Below the pieces are notes generated by a model, which did no database searches, was not told the origin of the DNA, and saw nothing but the letters and a program-made list of their open reading frames with translations. Source: Myxococcota bacterium (GTDB taxonomy: Bacteria; Myxococcota; UBA4151). Taken from it: a stretch of DNA of 44,177 nucleotides. Where the stretch lies: positions 1-44,177 of the forward strand of contig JAYZBQ010000061.1 in assembly GCA_036338695.1 (NCBI GenBank), read 5' to 3'. A program made the position numbers and the translations under genes. Shown piece after piece: positions 18,736 to 30,089 of the stretch (position 1 is the first letter of the stretch; each line of letters starts with the position of its first letter).

Positions 18736-20105
18736 CCGAGCCCACCAACTGGATCCCGGGACTGATCGCCGCAGGTGTCGGTCTGAGCGTAGGCATCTTT
18801 GCCGCTTGGCGGCTTCGGGGATCCGCCACTCCCGACGCGGCGCTCACCGTGCGCGATCGTCAGGCGGAGTGGGATGATTTGCGCAACCAACTGATCGAGG
18901 CGCGCGCCAACGAGCTCGTTGAGCCCGAGCACGCGCACCACCGCTATGCGCTCGAACTTCGAGCCGCCGTGTTACTCAAGGAGCTCAGCATGAGCGAAAC
19001 CGAAACGCCTGAACCGAGCCCTTCTGCGAGCGAGTCCGCTGCGCCTGCGCGTGCCGCTTGGGTGGGTCCGCTCTGGGGGGCGCTCGCCATGGCGGCCATC
19101 TTGGTGCCGGTCATCCTGGTCCAAAACCATGCCTCTGAGCGCGTGGAGGGCGGGTCGCTGACAGGAAACACCGGCCCTGCCGGAGGTCCAACCGCTTCAA
19201 GCGAGCCTGCGCCCGCTCCTCCGATGAAGGCGGCGCCGGACCCGGCGCTCAAGCCGCTGCGAGACGCCGTCGAGGCCAACCCAGAGGACATCGACGCCCG
19301 GCTCACGCTGATCCGCGCACAGATCGGTAGGCGGCGCTACATCCAAGCGTATGAAGGCGCCTCCGAGGTGCTCAAGGTGGCGCCGAACCATCCGCAGGCG
19401 AAAACCTTTCTCGCGATCGTACGGATCGAGATGGGCATGAGCGCTGTGGCGGTCAAACTGCTCACCGAAGCGCTCGAGCTCGACCCCACCCTCGTCGAGG
19501 CGTTGATCTACCGAGGCGTGGCGAATATGCAGACCGGTGAGGCTCAGGCGGCGCTCGATGATTGGGCTGAGGCGACGAAGATCCGTCCAGACTCTGCGGC
19601 GGTGCTCCAACCGCTCATCGAGCGCGCCGAGGGCATGCTCGATGGCTCGATCAAACCACCTCAGCCGACGGGTCATCCGCCGGCGGGGCAGGGCTTACCA
19701 AGCGGGCACCCACCCACGGGGGCGAAGCAAGCTCCTGCGGCTGCCGCTGCGCCGGTTCCGCCTGGGCCGCCTGCGCGCATCACCGTCGACCTCGCTGACG
19801 GTGCGGAGGCGCGCACAGGCGCCATCCTCTTTGTCATTGCGCGGCCTCAAGGGGTCACGGCGGGTCCGCCGGCGGCGGTCAAGCGGCTGACCGTGGGCAC
19901 CTTCCCGGTCGAGGTCACCCTCACCAACGCCGACATGATGATGGGCGGGACCCTCCCACAAGCCATCGATGTGACGGTGCGCGTCGACGGTGACGGTGAC
20001 CCGCTCACCAAAAACGATGGTGTACGTGGTCAAGCGAGCGGTGTGATCGTCGGCGGCAAGACAGCTTCCCTGACCCTCGCACCCGTGCCTCAAAAGGCTC
20101 AGTGA
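18732..20105 (+). CDS. ccmI: CcmI/CycH-like TPR protein
   Basis: Two TMs, TPR repeats (NPEDIDA, APNHPQA, LDPTLVEA), C-terminal LFVIAR..PPAAVKRL..FPVEVTLT..DMM domain typical of CycH. Confidence 0.8.
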   Translation: MTEPTNWIPGLIAAGVGLSVGIFAAWRLRGSATPDAALTVRDRQAEWDDLRNQLIEARANELVEPEHAHHRYALELRAAVLLKELSMSETETPEPSPSASESAAPARAAWVGPLWGALAMAAILVPVILVQNHASERVEGGSLTGNTGPAGGPTASSEPAPAPPMKAAPDPALKPLRDAVEANPEDIDARLTLIRAQIGRRRYIQAYEGASEVLKVAPNHPQAKTFLAIVRIEMGMSAVAVKLLTEALELDPTLVEALIYRGVANMQTGEAQAALDDWAEATKIRPDSAAVLQPLIERAEGMLDGSIKPPQPTGHPPAGQGLPSGHPPTGAKQAPAAAAAPVPPGPPARITVDLADGAEARTGAILFVIARPQGVTAGPPAAVKRLTVGTFPVEVTLTNADMMMGGTLPQAIDVTVRVDGDGDPLTKNDGVRGQASGVIVGGKTASLTLAPVPQKAQ

Positions 20106-20530
20106 CGAATCACCAGGTTCCATAATCCGGTGGCGACGGGTTCACCCGACTCGTCTTCCGTCTCTGTCCGAATCTTAACGAAGTACATGGGGCCTTTGTC
20201 GCGCACCGACTCGATGGTCGCTCGCGTGAACAGCTGCGCGCCGACTCGGATCGGCTGATGGAAGGTGAACTGCTGTTCGCCGTGAACGAGCTTCGCGAGG
20301 TTGATCTCAAGCTCTTTGTCCATCACGCAGTCGTTCACCGGCTTGAACGAGGGGATCACGATAAACATCGGCGGCGCAATGACGCCACCGATCTCTGCTG
20401 CGGCCACCTCATCGTGATGCCAAGGGTGATCGTTTTTGGTGGCGGCTGCGTACTCACGCACCTTCTCAAGACCCACCACGTATTTGGTAGGACCATATTC
20501 TCGTCCAACGAACTGCTCTGCGGTCGCCAT
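20099..20530 (-). CDS. MaoC/hot-dog dehydratase subunit (HadA-like, non-catalytic type)
   Basis: KVREYAAAT, IAPPMF, LVHGEQQFTFHQPI. Confidence 0.85.
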   Translation of the reverse strand: MATAEQFVGREYGPTKYVVGLEKVREYAAATKNDHPWHHDEVAAAEIGGVIAPPMFIVIPSFKPVNDCVMDKELEINLAKLVHGEQQFTFHQPIRVGAQLFTRATIESVRDKGPMYFVKIRTETEDESGEPVATGLWNLVIRH

Positions 20531-20532
20531 AC

Positions 20533-20901
20533 CTAGTCCTCCATCGTCACGAGCGCTTTGCGCAGGATCTGGTCGCCGTCTTGATTCTTGACGTCGACCG
20601 TGTAGGTCGTCTGCCCTTCACCCTGCTCCATCACCGTCCCGGCCAAGCTCAGCTCATCGCCCAAACGAACCGGTCCGCTAAAGCGGCAGCTCATCGCCTT
20701 GATCTTACGCGGGTCACCGTGCGCCCGAGTGACCGAGTCCACCATCCAAGCGGCGGTGCACAGACCGTGGAGGATGGGTCCTCCAAAGCCAGCCTTCTCG
20801 CCAACCGCCGGGTCGATATGCAGCGGGTTAAAGTCGCCTGATGCGGCGGCATAGTAAAAGGCGCGGTAACGATCGACCTTCTGTTGTTCCTCGAAACTCA
20901 T
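20533..20901 (-). CDS. MaoC family (R)-specific dehydratase (HadB-like catalytic subunit)
   Basis: YAAASGDFNPLHID hydratase motif, ILHGLCT, RFSGPV. Start re-called at ATG 20901 with GAGGAGG SD. Confidence 0.88.
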   Translation of the reverse strand: MSFEEQQKVDRYRAFYYAAASGDFNPLHIDPAVGEKAGFGGPILHGLCTAAWMVDSVTRAHGDPRKIKAMSCRFSGPVRLGDELSLAGTVMEQGEGQTTYTVDVKNQDGDQILRKALVTMED

Positions 20902-20954
20902 CGGGCGTCCTCCTCTTGACGAGCGCATAGGAAGGACCACCCATCGCCCCAAAG

Positions 20955-20979
20955 ATCAAGTCCTCGCACGCAACTTGAT
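20955..20979. promoter_or_regulatory. Inverted repeat in the divergent promoter region
   Basis: ATCAAGT-N11-ACTTGAT, perfect 7-bp arms. Confidence 0.45.
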
Positions 20980-21010
20980 TTCAGGATAACCCGCCAGGCA
21001 GGAGGCACCG

Positions 21011-21729
21011 ATGAGTCAAGTTCTTGAGGGTTGTGTTGCGCTCGTGACGGGCGCGAGCCGCGGCATCGGCCGCGCCAGCGCCATCGAGCTCGCACAAGCT
21101 GGCTGTGAGCTGGTGCTCATGGGCCGGGACACGGAGGCGCTCGAGGCCACGGCGCAAGAGTGCGCCGAGTTCTGTGAGACCGTGATCTTCTACGCGCTGG
21201 ACCTGGCAGACCCCGAGGCGATGGCCGACACCGTCGAAGACCTCCTCGAGAGCACAGGGCGCCTCAACATCGTGGTCAACAACGCCGGCGTCCGCGGACC
21301 GCTTGATCCATCTGCCCCCTTTGACGAGACGGTCGAGACCCTCGAGGTCAACCTGCTCTCGATGATGCGCCTCAATCATCACTGCGTGGACGCGCTGCTC
21401 AGCTCTGAAGGTCCCAAAGCGATCATCAACATCGCCTCTGTACTGGGTAAGGTCGGTCTCGGCGGGAGCGCCGCCTATTGCGCCAGCAAACATGGGGTCG
21501 TCGGGTACACCGCCTCGCTCTTTGAAGACCTGCGCAGCGCCGGGGTCAAGGTGTCCGCCATCTGTCCGGGCTTCGTGAACACGGCGATGGTAGCGGACCG
21601 CGGCCTCGCAGGGGAGCGAATGATCCAACCCGAAGACGTGGCGAGAGCCGTTCGTTTCGTCGCCGAGTTTCCGGGTACCGGCTGCCCGACAGAGATCATC
21701 ATTCGACCTCAGATGAACCCCTACAGCGC

Positions 21730-21733
<4 letters not shown>
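21011..21733 (+). CDS. Classical SDR oxidoreductase
   Basis: TGASRGIG, NNAG, NIAS, YCASK, CPGFVNT; strong GGAGG SD. Confidence 0.92.
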
Positions 21734-23096
<1,363 letters not shown>

Positions 23097-23100
<4 letters not shown>

Positions 23101-24173
23101 GGGCGCCGGCCGAGCTTGCTGTTGGGGTAGCGCCCATCGCCTCGTTGCTCGGAGAGAACGACAGGACGACCGGTCTCCGACGACTCATAGATGGCGTGAA
23201 GCAACTCGACGGCGCGCAGGCCCTCAGCGCCCTCAATCAGCGCTCGACGCCCTGTGGTCATCGCCTCAAAGACATCCTGATAGAGCATCACGTGCCCGTA
23301 GCCGTACACGTTATCGATCGGGTAGCTGGCGTCTTCTTCGGCGGTCTCGCCTGGGTTATCTGCAAAGTTCCAGGTGTCGACCTTGTTGGTCGCAAAGCCG
23401 CCAAGCACCACCGAACCACCCTCGCCGAGAAACGAGACGCTGCCTTCGAGGTTATCGGGTCGCGTAGCGGTCGTCGCCTCGATCACCCCTAGCGCGCCGC
23501 TCGAGAACCGGAGCACGACCGCGGCGGTATCCTCCGCCTCGATGTCGACTAGGCGCGTAGCTGTCTGGGCATAGACCGACTCGATGTCCCCCATGATCCA
23601 GGTCATCAAGTCGATGTAGTGGATGGTTTGGTTCGTCAGGCAGCCGCCGTCTTCCGCCCAGGTGCCGCGCCACGCCGCCTGTCGATAATACCCCTCATCG
23701 CGGCGCCAGCGAAGGCGCACCGTGCCCATGACCATCTTGCCAAAACGACCGGCGTCTTTCGCTTTGCGAACCGCTTGAATTCCCGGGTTAAAGCGGTTTT
23801 GCTTGACCACAAAGAGGCGCACACCGGCAGCCTCAGCTGCCGCCATCATGCGGTCACAGTCGGCGATGCTCAGCGCCATTGGCTTCTCAACGAGGACAGG
23901 CTTTCCGTGCGTTTGCATGACCTGGACAGCGACCTCGGCGTGGCTGCCCGAGTCGGTCAAAACGCTGACGAGGTCACAGTCCACTGCTTTAAGCATGGCG
24001 TCGACGTCGGTAAAGTACGGCACCCCGGCGCGCTCGCCAGCGTCTTGCGCCTTGTCGGCGACCTGATCACAGACGCCCGTCAGCTGCCAGCGCTCGCCGT
24101 TCTCAGCGAGCGCGTCGAGGTGTTTGTTGAGAATGCGACCGCAACCGACCAACGCGACCCTTTTTTGCACCAT
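23097..24173 (-). CDS. Gfo/Idh/MocA oxidoreductase, WbpB/WlbA-like UDP-GlcNAcA 3-dehydrogenase
   Basis: VGCGRI, EKPMA, VVKQNRFNP, WRGTWAEDGG, NQTIHYID, NVYGYGH; wbpD/E-like genes nearby. Confidence 0.85.
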
Positions 24174-24291
24174 GAGCGCCTCCTTGTGCCCGCCTTTAGG
24201 GCATCGACACGACCATCACAAGCAGACAGGCTCTGCCCGACCAAAAGACCTTGTTGCCGGGGCTCCAATCCAAGGGCAAAATGACGTAGAG

Positions 24292-24308
24292 CAGGTATCC
24301 GATACCTG
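24292..24308. promoter_or_regulatory. Perfect palindrome (candidate operator)
   Basis: CAGGTATC-C-GATACCTG in the divergent wbpB-like/GH1 intergenic region. Confidence 0.55.
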
Positions 24309-24377
24309 ACCGAGCGGCCGCAACCCAAGGGCTCCCTGCCCGATACACGCGGCGCCTGAACGAACCGGAGAGAGCTC

Positions 24378-25964
24378 ATGCGCTGGTCCCTTCTCATCCT
24401 CTTCCCTGTCCTCTACGCCACAGGCTGCTCCACGCCGTGTGAGACCGACGCTGACTGCGACAAGGTCAACTACTGCAGCCTGGACAAAAAATGTGAGGAC
24501 ATCCCGCCGTTTCCGGACGACTTCTTGTGGGGCACCGCCGTTGCGGGCTTCCAGGTCGATTACGGCTGCCCAACCATGGCGCAGGCGGAGTGCGAGGACA
24601 CGGCGAGCGATTGGTTTGCGTTTACCACCAGCGAAGAGACCGTCAACTCAGAGGGCGCCTTCCTGAGCGGGCAAAACCCGAGCGAGCTCGGGCCTGGGTT
24701 TTGGGAGCTTTATGACGCCGACTTTGAACGCGCCGCTACAGAGCTCAAGAACAACTCTTTTCGCATGAGCATCGAGTGGTCTCGAATCTTCTCGCAGCCC
24801 ACGGACGAGGCGACGACGCATGAGGAGCTCAAGGCGTTAGCCAACATGAACAACGTCGAGCACTACCGCTCAATGTTCGCGAGCATGCGTTCCAAAGGCC
24901 TTAAGCCGCTGGTCACGCTCAATCATTACGCGCTCCCCACCTGGATCCACGACCCCGTGACCTGCCACGTCAGCTTCAGCAACTGCGAGCGACGCGGCTG
25001 GGTCGACGACGAGCGCACCGTGCGCGAGATCGCCAAATTCTCCGGGTTCGTCGCCAAGGAGTTTGGCGACCAGATCGACCTGTGGGCGACCCTCAACGAG
25101 CCCCTCCAGAACATGCTCTTCGGCTATTTCCAGCCCAGCGAATCGCGCAGCCACCCACCGGCGATCGCCCTCAACGCAAACGCCGCAAAGACCGTCCTGT
25201 TCGCCTTGATCGAGGCGCACGCTCGGATGGTCGATGCGGTGCGCGCCAACGACACGGTCGACGCCGATGGTGACGGCGCGGCGACCAGCATCGGCGTGGT
25301 CTACCCGCTGGTGCCCATCTCGCCCATGCGCCCGGGTGACATCGCCGACGAAGAGGCGGCGAACAACATCTCCTATCTTTGGAACAAAGCGTTCCTGCGC
25401 GCCACGGCGCTCGGCGAGCTCGACGAGAACCTGGACGGGACCTCACAGCGGCAAGAGCGCCTCGCCGGACGCATGGACTGGATCGGCGTCAACTACTACT
25501 TCGGTGTGACCGTCGAGGGCGCGCCCAACTCGTTTATGCCCGACTTCTCGCCGCTGCTGAACGTCAACCCGCTCACCTTTGTGGAAGGGATCAACCAGCC
25601 AGACCGCATGGAGGGTCTGCTCCGGTGGGTGCAAGACGAGCTCAAGCTGCCGATCTACATCAGCGAGAACGGCGCCATCGATGACCCGAATGACAGCGAC
25701 TATATGAGCCGTTTCGTGGTCCAAAACCTCGACGCCCTGCAGCGCTCGATCGCGCGCGGCATCGACGTACGTGGTTACTTTTACTGGACCTTCATGGACA
25801 ACTTTGAGTGGAACCACGGCATGACCTGGAAGATGGGGATGTACGCCATGGATGGGACGGACCCGAGCAAAACGCGGGTGCTCCGACCAGCGGGCACGCT
25901 CTATCGAACCATCGCCACCGAGAACCAGATCCCCGCTGAGGCGCGTGAGAAACACCTGCCCTAG
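24378..25964 (+). CDS. Glycoside hydrolase family 1 lipoprotein
   Basis: Lipobox YATG-C, Cys-rich linker, FPDDFLWG, RMSIEWSRI, TLNEP (acid/base), ISENG (nucleophile), DNFEW. Confidence 0.93.
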   Translation: MRWSLLILFPVLYATGCSTPCETDADCDKVNYCSLDKKCEDIPPFPDDFLWGTAVAGFQVDYGCPTMAQAECEDTASDWFAFTTSEETVNSEGAFLSGQNPSELGPGFWELYDADFERAATELKNNSFRMSIEWSRIFSQPTDEATTHEELKALANMNNVEHYRSMFASMRSKGLKPLVTLNHYALPTWIHDPVTCHVSFSNCERRGWVDDERTVREIAKFSGFVAKEFGDQIDLWATLNEPLQNMLFGYFQPSESRSHPPAIALNANAAKTVLFALIEAHARMVDAVRANDTVDADGDGAATSIGVVYPLVPISPMRPGDIADEEAANNISYLWNKAFLRATALGELDENLDGTSQRQERLAGRMDWIGVNYYFGVTVEGAPNSFMPDFSPLLNVNPLTFVEGINQPDRMEGLLRWVQDELKLPIYISENGAIDDPNDSDYMSRFVVQNLDALQRSIARGIDVRGYFYWTFMDNFEWNHGMTWKMGMYAMDGTDPSKTRVLRPAGTLYRTIATENQIPAEAREKHLP

Positions 25965-26019
25965 CGGAGCGATCAGCGAAATGCGTTGCGCTGAGCAGGC
26001 ACAGGCTTGTAAGGCTGCG

Positions 26020-26035
26020 CACCCCTAAAGGGGTG
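26020..26035 (+). other. Hairpin abutting the RBS of the wbpD-like gene
   Basis: CACCCC-TAAA-GGGGTG immediately followed by GGAG, with the GTG start at 26047. Confidence 0.4.
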
Positions 26036-26046
26036 GGAGTCGAACG

Positions 26047-26625
26047 GTGGCTGACTATTACGCGCATCCAACGGCTGTGATCGATGACGGCGCCGTCATC
26101 GGCGCAGGGACCAAGGTCTGGCACTTCTGCCACGTGATGGGCGGCGCCACCTTGGGCGCGCAATGCATCCTGGGTCAGAACGTGTTCGTCGCCAACGGAG
26201 TCGAGGTCGGCGCCGGCTGCAAGATTCAAAATAACGTCAGTTTGTACACCGGCGTCGTGCTCGAAGAAAACGTCTTTTGCGGTCCGTCGATGGTGTTCAC
26301 GAACGTGATGAACCCGCGAGCGCACGTTGAGCGCAAGGACGAGTACGCTCGGACACGCGTCGGACGCGGCGCATCGATCGGCGCCAACGCAACCATCGTC
26401 TGCGGTCACGACATCGGCGAGTATGCCTTTATCGGTGCAGGCTCCGTCGTCACTCGGGAGGTCCCGGCCTATGCGCTGGTCTTTGGCTCGCCCGCCAAGG
26501 TGCAGGGCTGGATGAGCGCCGCCGGTGAGCGGCTTGAGTTCGATGAGAGTGGGCGAGCGATCTGCCCGCGTACGGGCGAGCGCTACCGACTCAGCGACGG
26601 CCTGTGTGCGCCAGAAAGGACTTAA
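26047..26625 (+). CDS. Hexapeptide-repeat N-acetyltransferase, WbpD/WlbB-like
   Basis: [40 protein letters not shown]. Confidence 0.9.
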   Translation: MADYYAHPTAVIDDGAVIGAGTKVWHFCHVMGGATLGAQCILGQNVFVANGVEVGAGCKIQNNVSLYTGVVLEENVFCGPSMVFTNVMNPRAHVERKDEYARTRVGRGASIGANATIVCGHDIGEYAFIGAGSVVTREVPAYALVFGSPAKVQGWMSAAGERLEFDESGRAICPRTGERYRLSDGLCAPERT

Positions 26626-26627
26626 CG

Positions 26628-27731
26628 ATGCAGTTTATCGACCTGAAAAGTCAGTATCAACACTACCGAGGCGGTGAGGACGGCATCGACGCACGGATGC
26701 AGGCGGTGCTCGATCATGGGCGCTACATCATGGGTCCCGAGATCACCGAGATGGAGCAAGCGCTCGCCGAGCGAACGGGCGTGGCGCATTGCATCTCGTG
26801 CGCATCGGGAACGGACGCCCTTTACCTCCCGATGCTGGCGCTGAACATCGGCGCGGGCGATGAGGTGATCACCGTCCCGTTCACCTTCATCGCAACCGCT
26901 GAGATCATCCGATTGATGGGCGCAACCCCCGTCTTCATCGATATCGACCCCGACACCTACAACATGGACGCAAGCCAGCTTGAGGCGGCGATCACCCCGC
27001 GCACCAAGGCGATCATCCCGGTCAGCCTCTATGGGCAGGCGCCCGACATGGAGGCGATCAACGCCGTGGCGGCGCGGCATGGTATCCCCGTCTTAGAGGA
27101 CGCCGCTCAGAGCTACGGCGCAACCCGCAACGGCAAGGCGAGCGGGGGCCTCTCGACCGTGGGTTGCACCTCCTTTTTCCCGTCCAAGCCGCTCGGCTGT
27201 TATGGTGACGGCGGCGCCGTCTTTTGCGACGACGATGAGCTCGCCAGGGTCATGCGTGAGCTGCGCGCCCACGGCCAGGAGAAGCGCTACGTCCACAGCC
27301 GCATCGGCATGAACGCCCGGATGGATACGCTCCAGGCCGCCGTGATCCTTGGAAAGCTACCGCACTTCGACGCTGAAATCGCTGCGCGGCAGCGCCTGGG
27401 TGCCCGGTACAGCGAGGCGCTCGGCGACCTCGCAAAGGTCCCGACCATCGCCTCCGGAAACACCCACGTCTACGGACAGTATACGCTGCAGGTCCAGGAT
27501 CGAGAGGCGCTCCGTCGCGCCCTCGCCGAGGAGGACATCCCCACCGCCGTCCATTACCCGCGCCCGCTGCACCTCCAGCAAGCCTTTGAAGATCTCGGTG
27601 GTCAGGTCGGTGATTACCCCGTCTCGGAGCGAGCCAGCGCCCAGGTGGTGAGCTTGCCCATGAGCCCCTTCTTGTCGGAGCCCGATCAAGATCGCGTGAT
27701 CGCAGCCGTTCGCAAGGCGCTCGGAGCCTAG
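26628..27731 (+). CDS. DegT family aminotransferase, WbpE/WlbC-like
   Basis: MQFIDLKSQY, YIMGPE, EDAAQS, SFFPSKPLGCYGDGG, VHYP. Start re-called at ATG 26628. Confidence 0.92.
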   Translation: MQFIDLKSQYQHYRGGEDGIDARMQAVLDHGRYIMGPEITEMEQALAERTGVAHCISCASGTDALYLPMLALNIGAGDEVITVPFTFIATAEIIRLMGATPVFIDIDPDTYNMDASQLEAAITPRTKAIIPVSLYGQAPDMEAINAVAARHGIPVLEDAAQSYGATRNGKASGGLSTVGCTSFFPSKPLGCYGDGGAVFCDDDELARVMRELRAHGQEKRYVHSRIGMNARMDTLQAAVILGKLPHFDAEIAARQRLGARYSEALGDLAKVPTIASGNTHVYGQYTLQVQDREALRRALAEEDIPTAVHYPRPLHLQQAFEDLGGQVGDYPVSERASAQVVSLPMSPFLSEPDQDRVIAAVRKALGA

Positions 27732-27735
27732 CCGC

Positions 27736-28938
27736 GTGCACATCCTCATCCTCAGCCAGTACTACGCGCCCGAGATCGGAGCAGCCCAGACCCGACTGCG
27801 TGCCACTGCGAGCTGCCTCAAGGCGGAGGGGCACGAGGTGACCGTGCTGACGGCGATGCCGAACCACCTGCTCGAGTCGGTCATGCCTGCGTACCGAGGC
27901 AAACGCTACGTCGAGGAGGAGATCGACGGTATCCGAGTCCTGCGCACCTGGGTCTACGCAGCGACGGGGCGCAGCTGGAAACGGCTCGCCAACTACTTCA
28001 GTTTTGTCGCCAGCAGCGCCCTGGCGTCGGCGAAAGTCCCCCCGATCGACCTCGTCTTTTTCGAGTCGCCGCCCCTTTTCCTAGGGCTCTCTGCGGCGCT
28101 GTTGGCGCGCAAAAATCGCGCCCGACTCGTGATGAACGTCTCGGACCTGTGGCCGGACTCGGTGCGCGCCATTGCGCCGGACTCAGCCTTCTCGAAGGGG
28201 CCGCTGTACGCCGCAGCCGAGCGCCTCGAGGCATGGCTTTACAAGCGCTGCGATGCGGTCACAGCCGTCACCCATGGCATCCGAGACACGCTGATCGAGG
28301 ACAAGGGACTGCCCGCTCACAAGGTCGCGTACCTGCCCAACGGGATCGACCCCGACCTGTTCCAGCCTCGGCCTCCGGAAGAGCGGGTCCAGGCCCCACG
28401 ACGCTTCCTGATCGCAGGGACCCTCGGCTATGCTCAGGGGCTCGATGCCGCAATCGATGCAGCCAGGCACCTCAAAGGGCGCGAAGACATCGAGATCCAC
28501 TTTCTTGGCGGCGGACCGGAGAAGGACCGCCTGCGCACCGCAGCGGCGCAAGAGGGGCTCGACCGAGTGATCTTTCGTGACCCGATTCCGCTCGATGCGA
28601 TGCCGAACGAGTACGCACAAGCGACCGCGGCGCTCGCGCTGCTCGCCGATGACCCCTTCTTCGATCGAGCTCGCCCTGCCCGCTCCTTTCCGCCGCTCGC
28701 TTGCGGCCGTCCGCTCATCTTCGCCGGGCGCGGCGACATCGCCGCGATGCTCCGCGAGCACGCGTGCGGTACCGCAGTGGAACCGGGCGACGGTCGAGCG
28801 CTTGCGGACGCCATCGCTCGCTACGCCGACCAGCCCGACCTGGCGCAAGCCGACGGGGAGCGCGCAGCGAATTATGCCCACGCAGAAATCACTTGGCCAG
28901 CGCTGGTGAGGCGCTGGCTTAAGGAGGTCAACGCATGA
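27736..28938 (+). CDS. Glycosyltransferase family 4 (WbuB-like)
   Basis: SQYYAPEIGA, RLANYFSF, SPPLF, DLWPDS, GTLGYAQGL. Confidence 0.88.
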   Translation: MHILILSQYYAPEIGAAQTRLRATASCLKAEGHEVTVLTAMPNHLLESVMPAYRGKRYVEEEIDGIRVLRTWVYAATGRSWKRLANYFSFVASSALASAKVPPIDLVFFESPPLFLGLSAALLARKNRARLVMNVSDLWPDSVRAIAPDSAFSKGPLYAAAERLEAWLYKRCDAVTAVTHGIRDTLIEDKGLPAHKVAYLPNGIDPDLFQPRPPEERVQAPRRFLIAGTLGYAQGLDAAIDAARHLKGREDIEIHFLGGGPEKDRLRTAAAQEGLDRVIFRDPIPLDAMPNEYAQATAALALLADDPFFDRARPARSFPPLACGRPLIFAGRGDIAAMLREHACGTAVEPGDGRALADAIARYADQPDLAQADGERAANYAHAEITWPALVRRWLKEVNA

Positions 28939-30089
28939 CTCGCCCACCCCTCCCCTTCGCTCGCCCGAGCATCGATCAAAACGATATCGACGCCGTCGTC
29001 TCGGTCCTCGAGAGCGGCTGGCTCACGCAAGGGCCGGTGACCCGCGCTTTTGAGGAAGAATTCGCAGCTGCCGTCGGGGCGAAGCACGCCATCGCCGTGT
29101 GCAGCTGCACGGCGGCGCTGCACCTTGCGCTTGACGCCATCGGGGTCGAGTGCGGCGATAAAGTGCTGACCACCCCGTACACCTTCACCGCCACCGCCGA
29201 GGTGATCCGATACTCGGGCGCGGAGGTCGTCTTTGCGGACATTGGGGGACCGAGCCTGCTGTGGGATATGGACGCCGTGGAGCGAGCGCTCGCAGCGGAC
29301 CCATCGATCAAGGCGTTGTTGCCGGTCCACGTGGCAGGTCAGGCGGTCGACATGGAGCGCCTACTCCAACTCGCCGACGGACGCCCGGTCGTGGAAGACG
29401 CCGCCCATGCGCTGCCCACCGAGGTACGCCTCGGTGGCGGGTGGAAGCGCATCGGCTCGGTCGGCAAGATAACCTGCTTTAGCTTCTACGCGACCAAGAC
29501 CATCACCAGCGCAGAGGGCGGCATGGTCACGACCGATGACGACGCCCTCGCCGATCGCATGCGCCTCATGCGTCTGCACGGCATCGACGCGGACGCCTGG
29601 CGGCGCTACCGAGAGAAGGGCTCATGGGGTTACGACGTGGTCGCGCCCGGGTTCAAATACAACATCAGCGACATCCACTCGGCGCTTGGCCGCAGCCAGC
29701 TTGCGCGCGCCGACCACTTCTCGGCGCAACGCACCGCCATCGCTGCGCGCTACAACGCCGAGCTCGCCGAGCTACCTTGGATCGAGCTCCCGCCGACGGT
29801 CGAGCACAGCAGCCACTGCTGGCACCTTTACGCCGCGCGCGTCCGGCCGGGCACGATCGATCGCCAAACGGTCATCCAAGCCCTCGCCGACGATGGCATC
29901 GGGATCTCGGTGCACTTCAAGCCGCTGCACCTTCACACCTACTACGCCGAGCGCTACCAGCACCGGCCCGAAGACTTCCCCGTGGCGCTCGATCATTACG
30001 AGCGTGCGTTCAGCCTGCCGATCTTCATGGATATGACCGACGCTGACATCGACCGTGTGATCAACGTCCTCCGCTCGGTGCCATGCTGA
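28935..30089 (+). CDS. DegT family 4-aminotransferase (WlbF/WbgX/WcfR-like)
   Basis: SGWLTQGP, EDAAHA, SFYATKTITSAEGG, W.YDVVAPGFKYN, VHFKPLH. Confidence 0.88.
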   Translation: MTRPPLPFARPSIDQNDIDAVVSVLESGWLTQGPVTRAFEEEFAAAVGAKHAIAVCSCTAALHLALDAIGVECGDKVLTTPYTFTATAEVIRYSGAEVVFADIGGPSLLWDMDAVERALAADPSIKALLPVHVAGQAVDMERLLQLADGRPVVEDAAHALPTEVRLGGGWKRIGSVGKITCFSFYATKTITSAEGGMVTTDDDALADRMRLMRLHGIDADAWRRYREKGSWGYDVVAPGFKYNISDIHSALGRSQLARADHFSAQRTAIAARYNAELAELPWIELPPTVEHSSHCWHLYAARVRPGTIDRQTVIQALADDGIGISVHFKPLHLHTYYAERYQHRPEDFPVALDHYERAFSLPIFMDMTDADIDRVINVLRSVPC

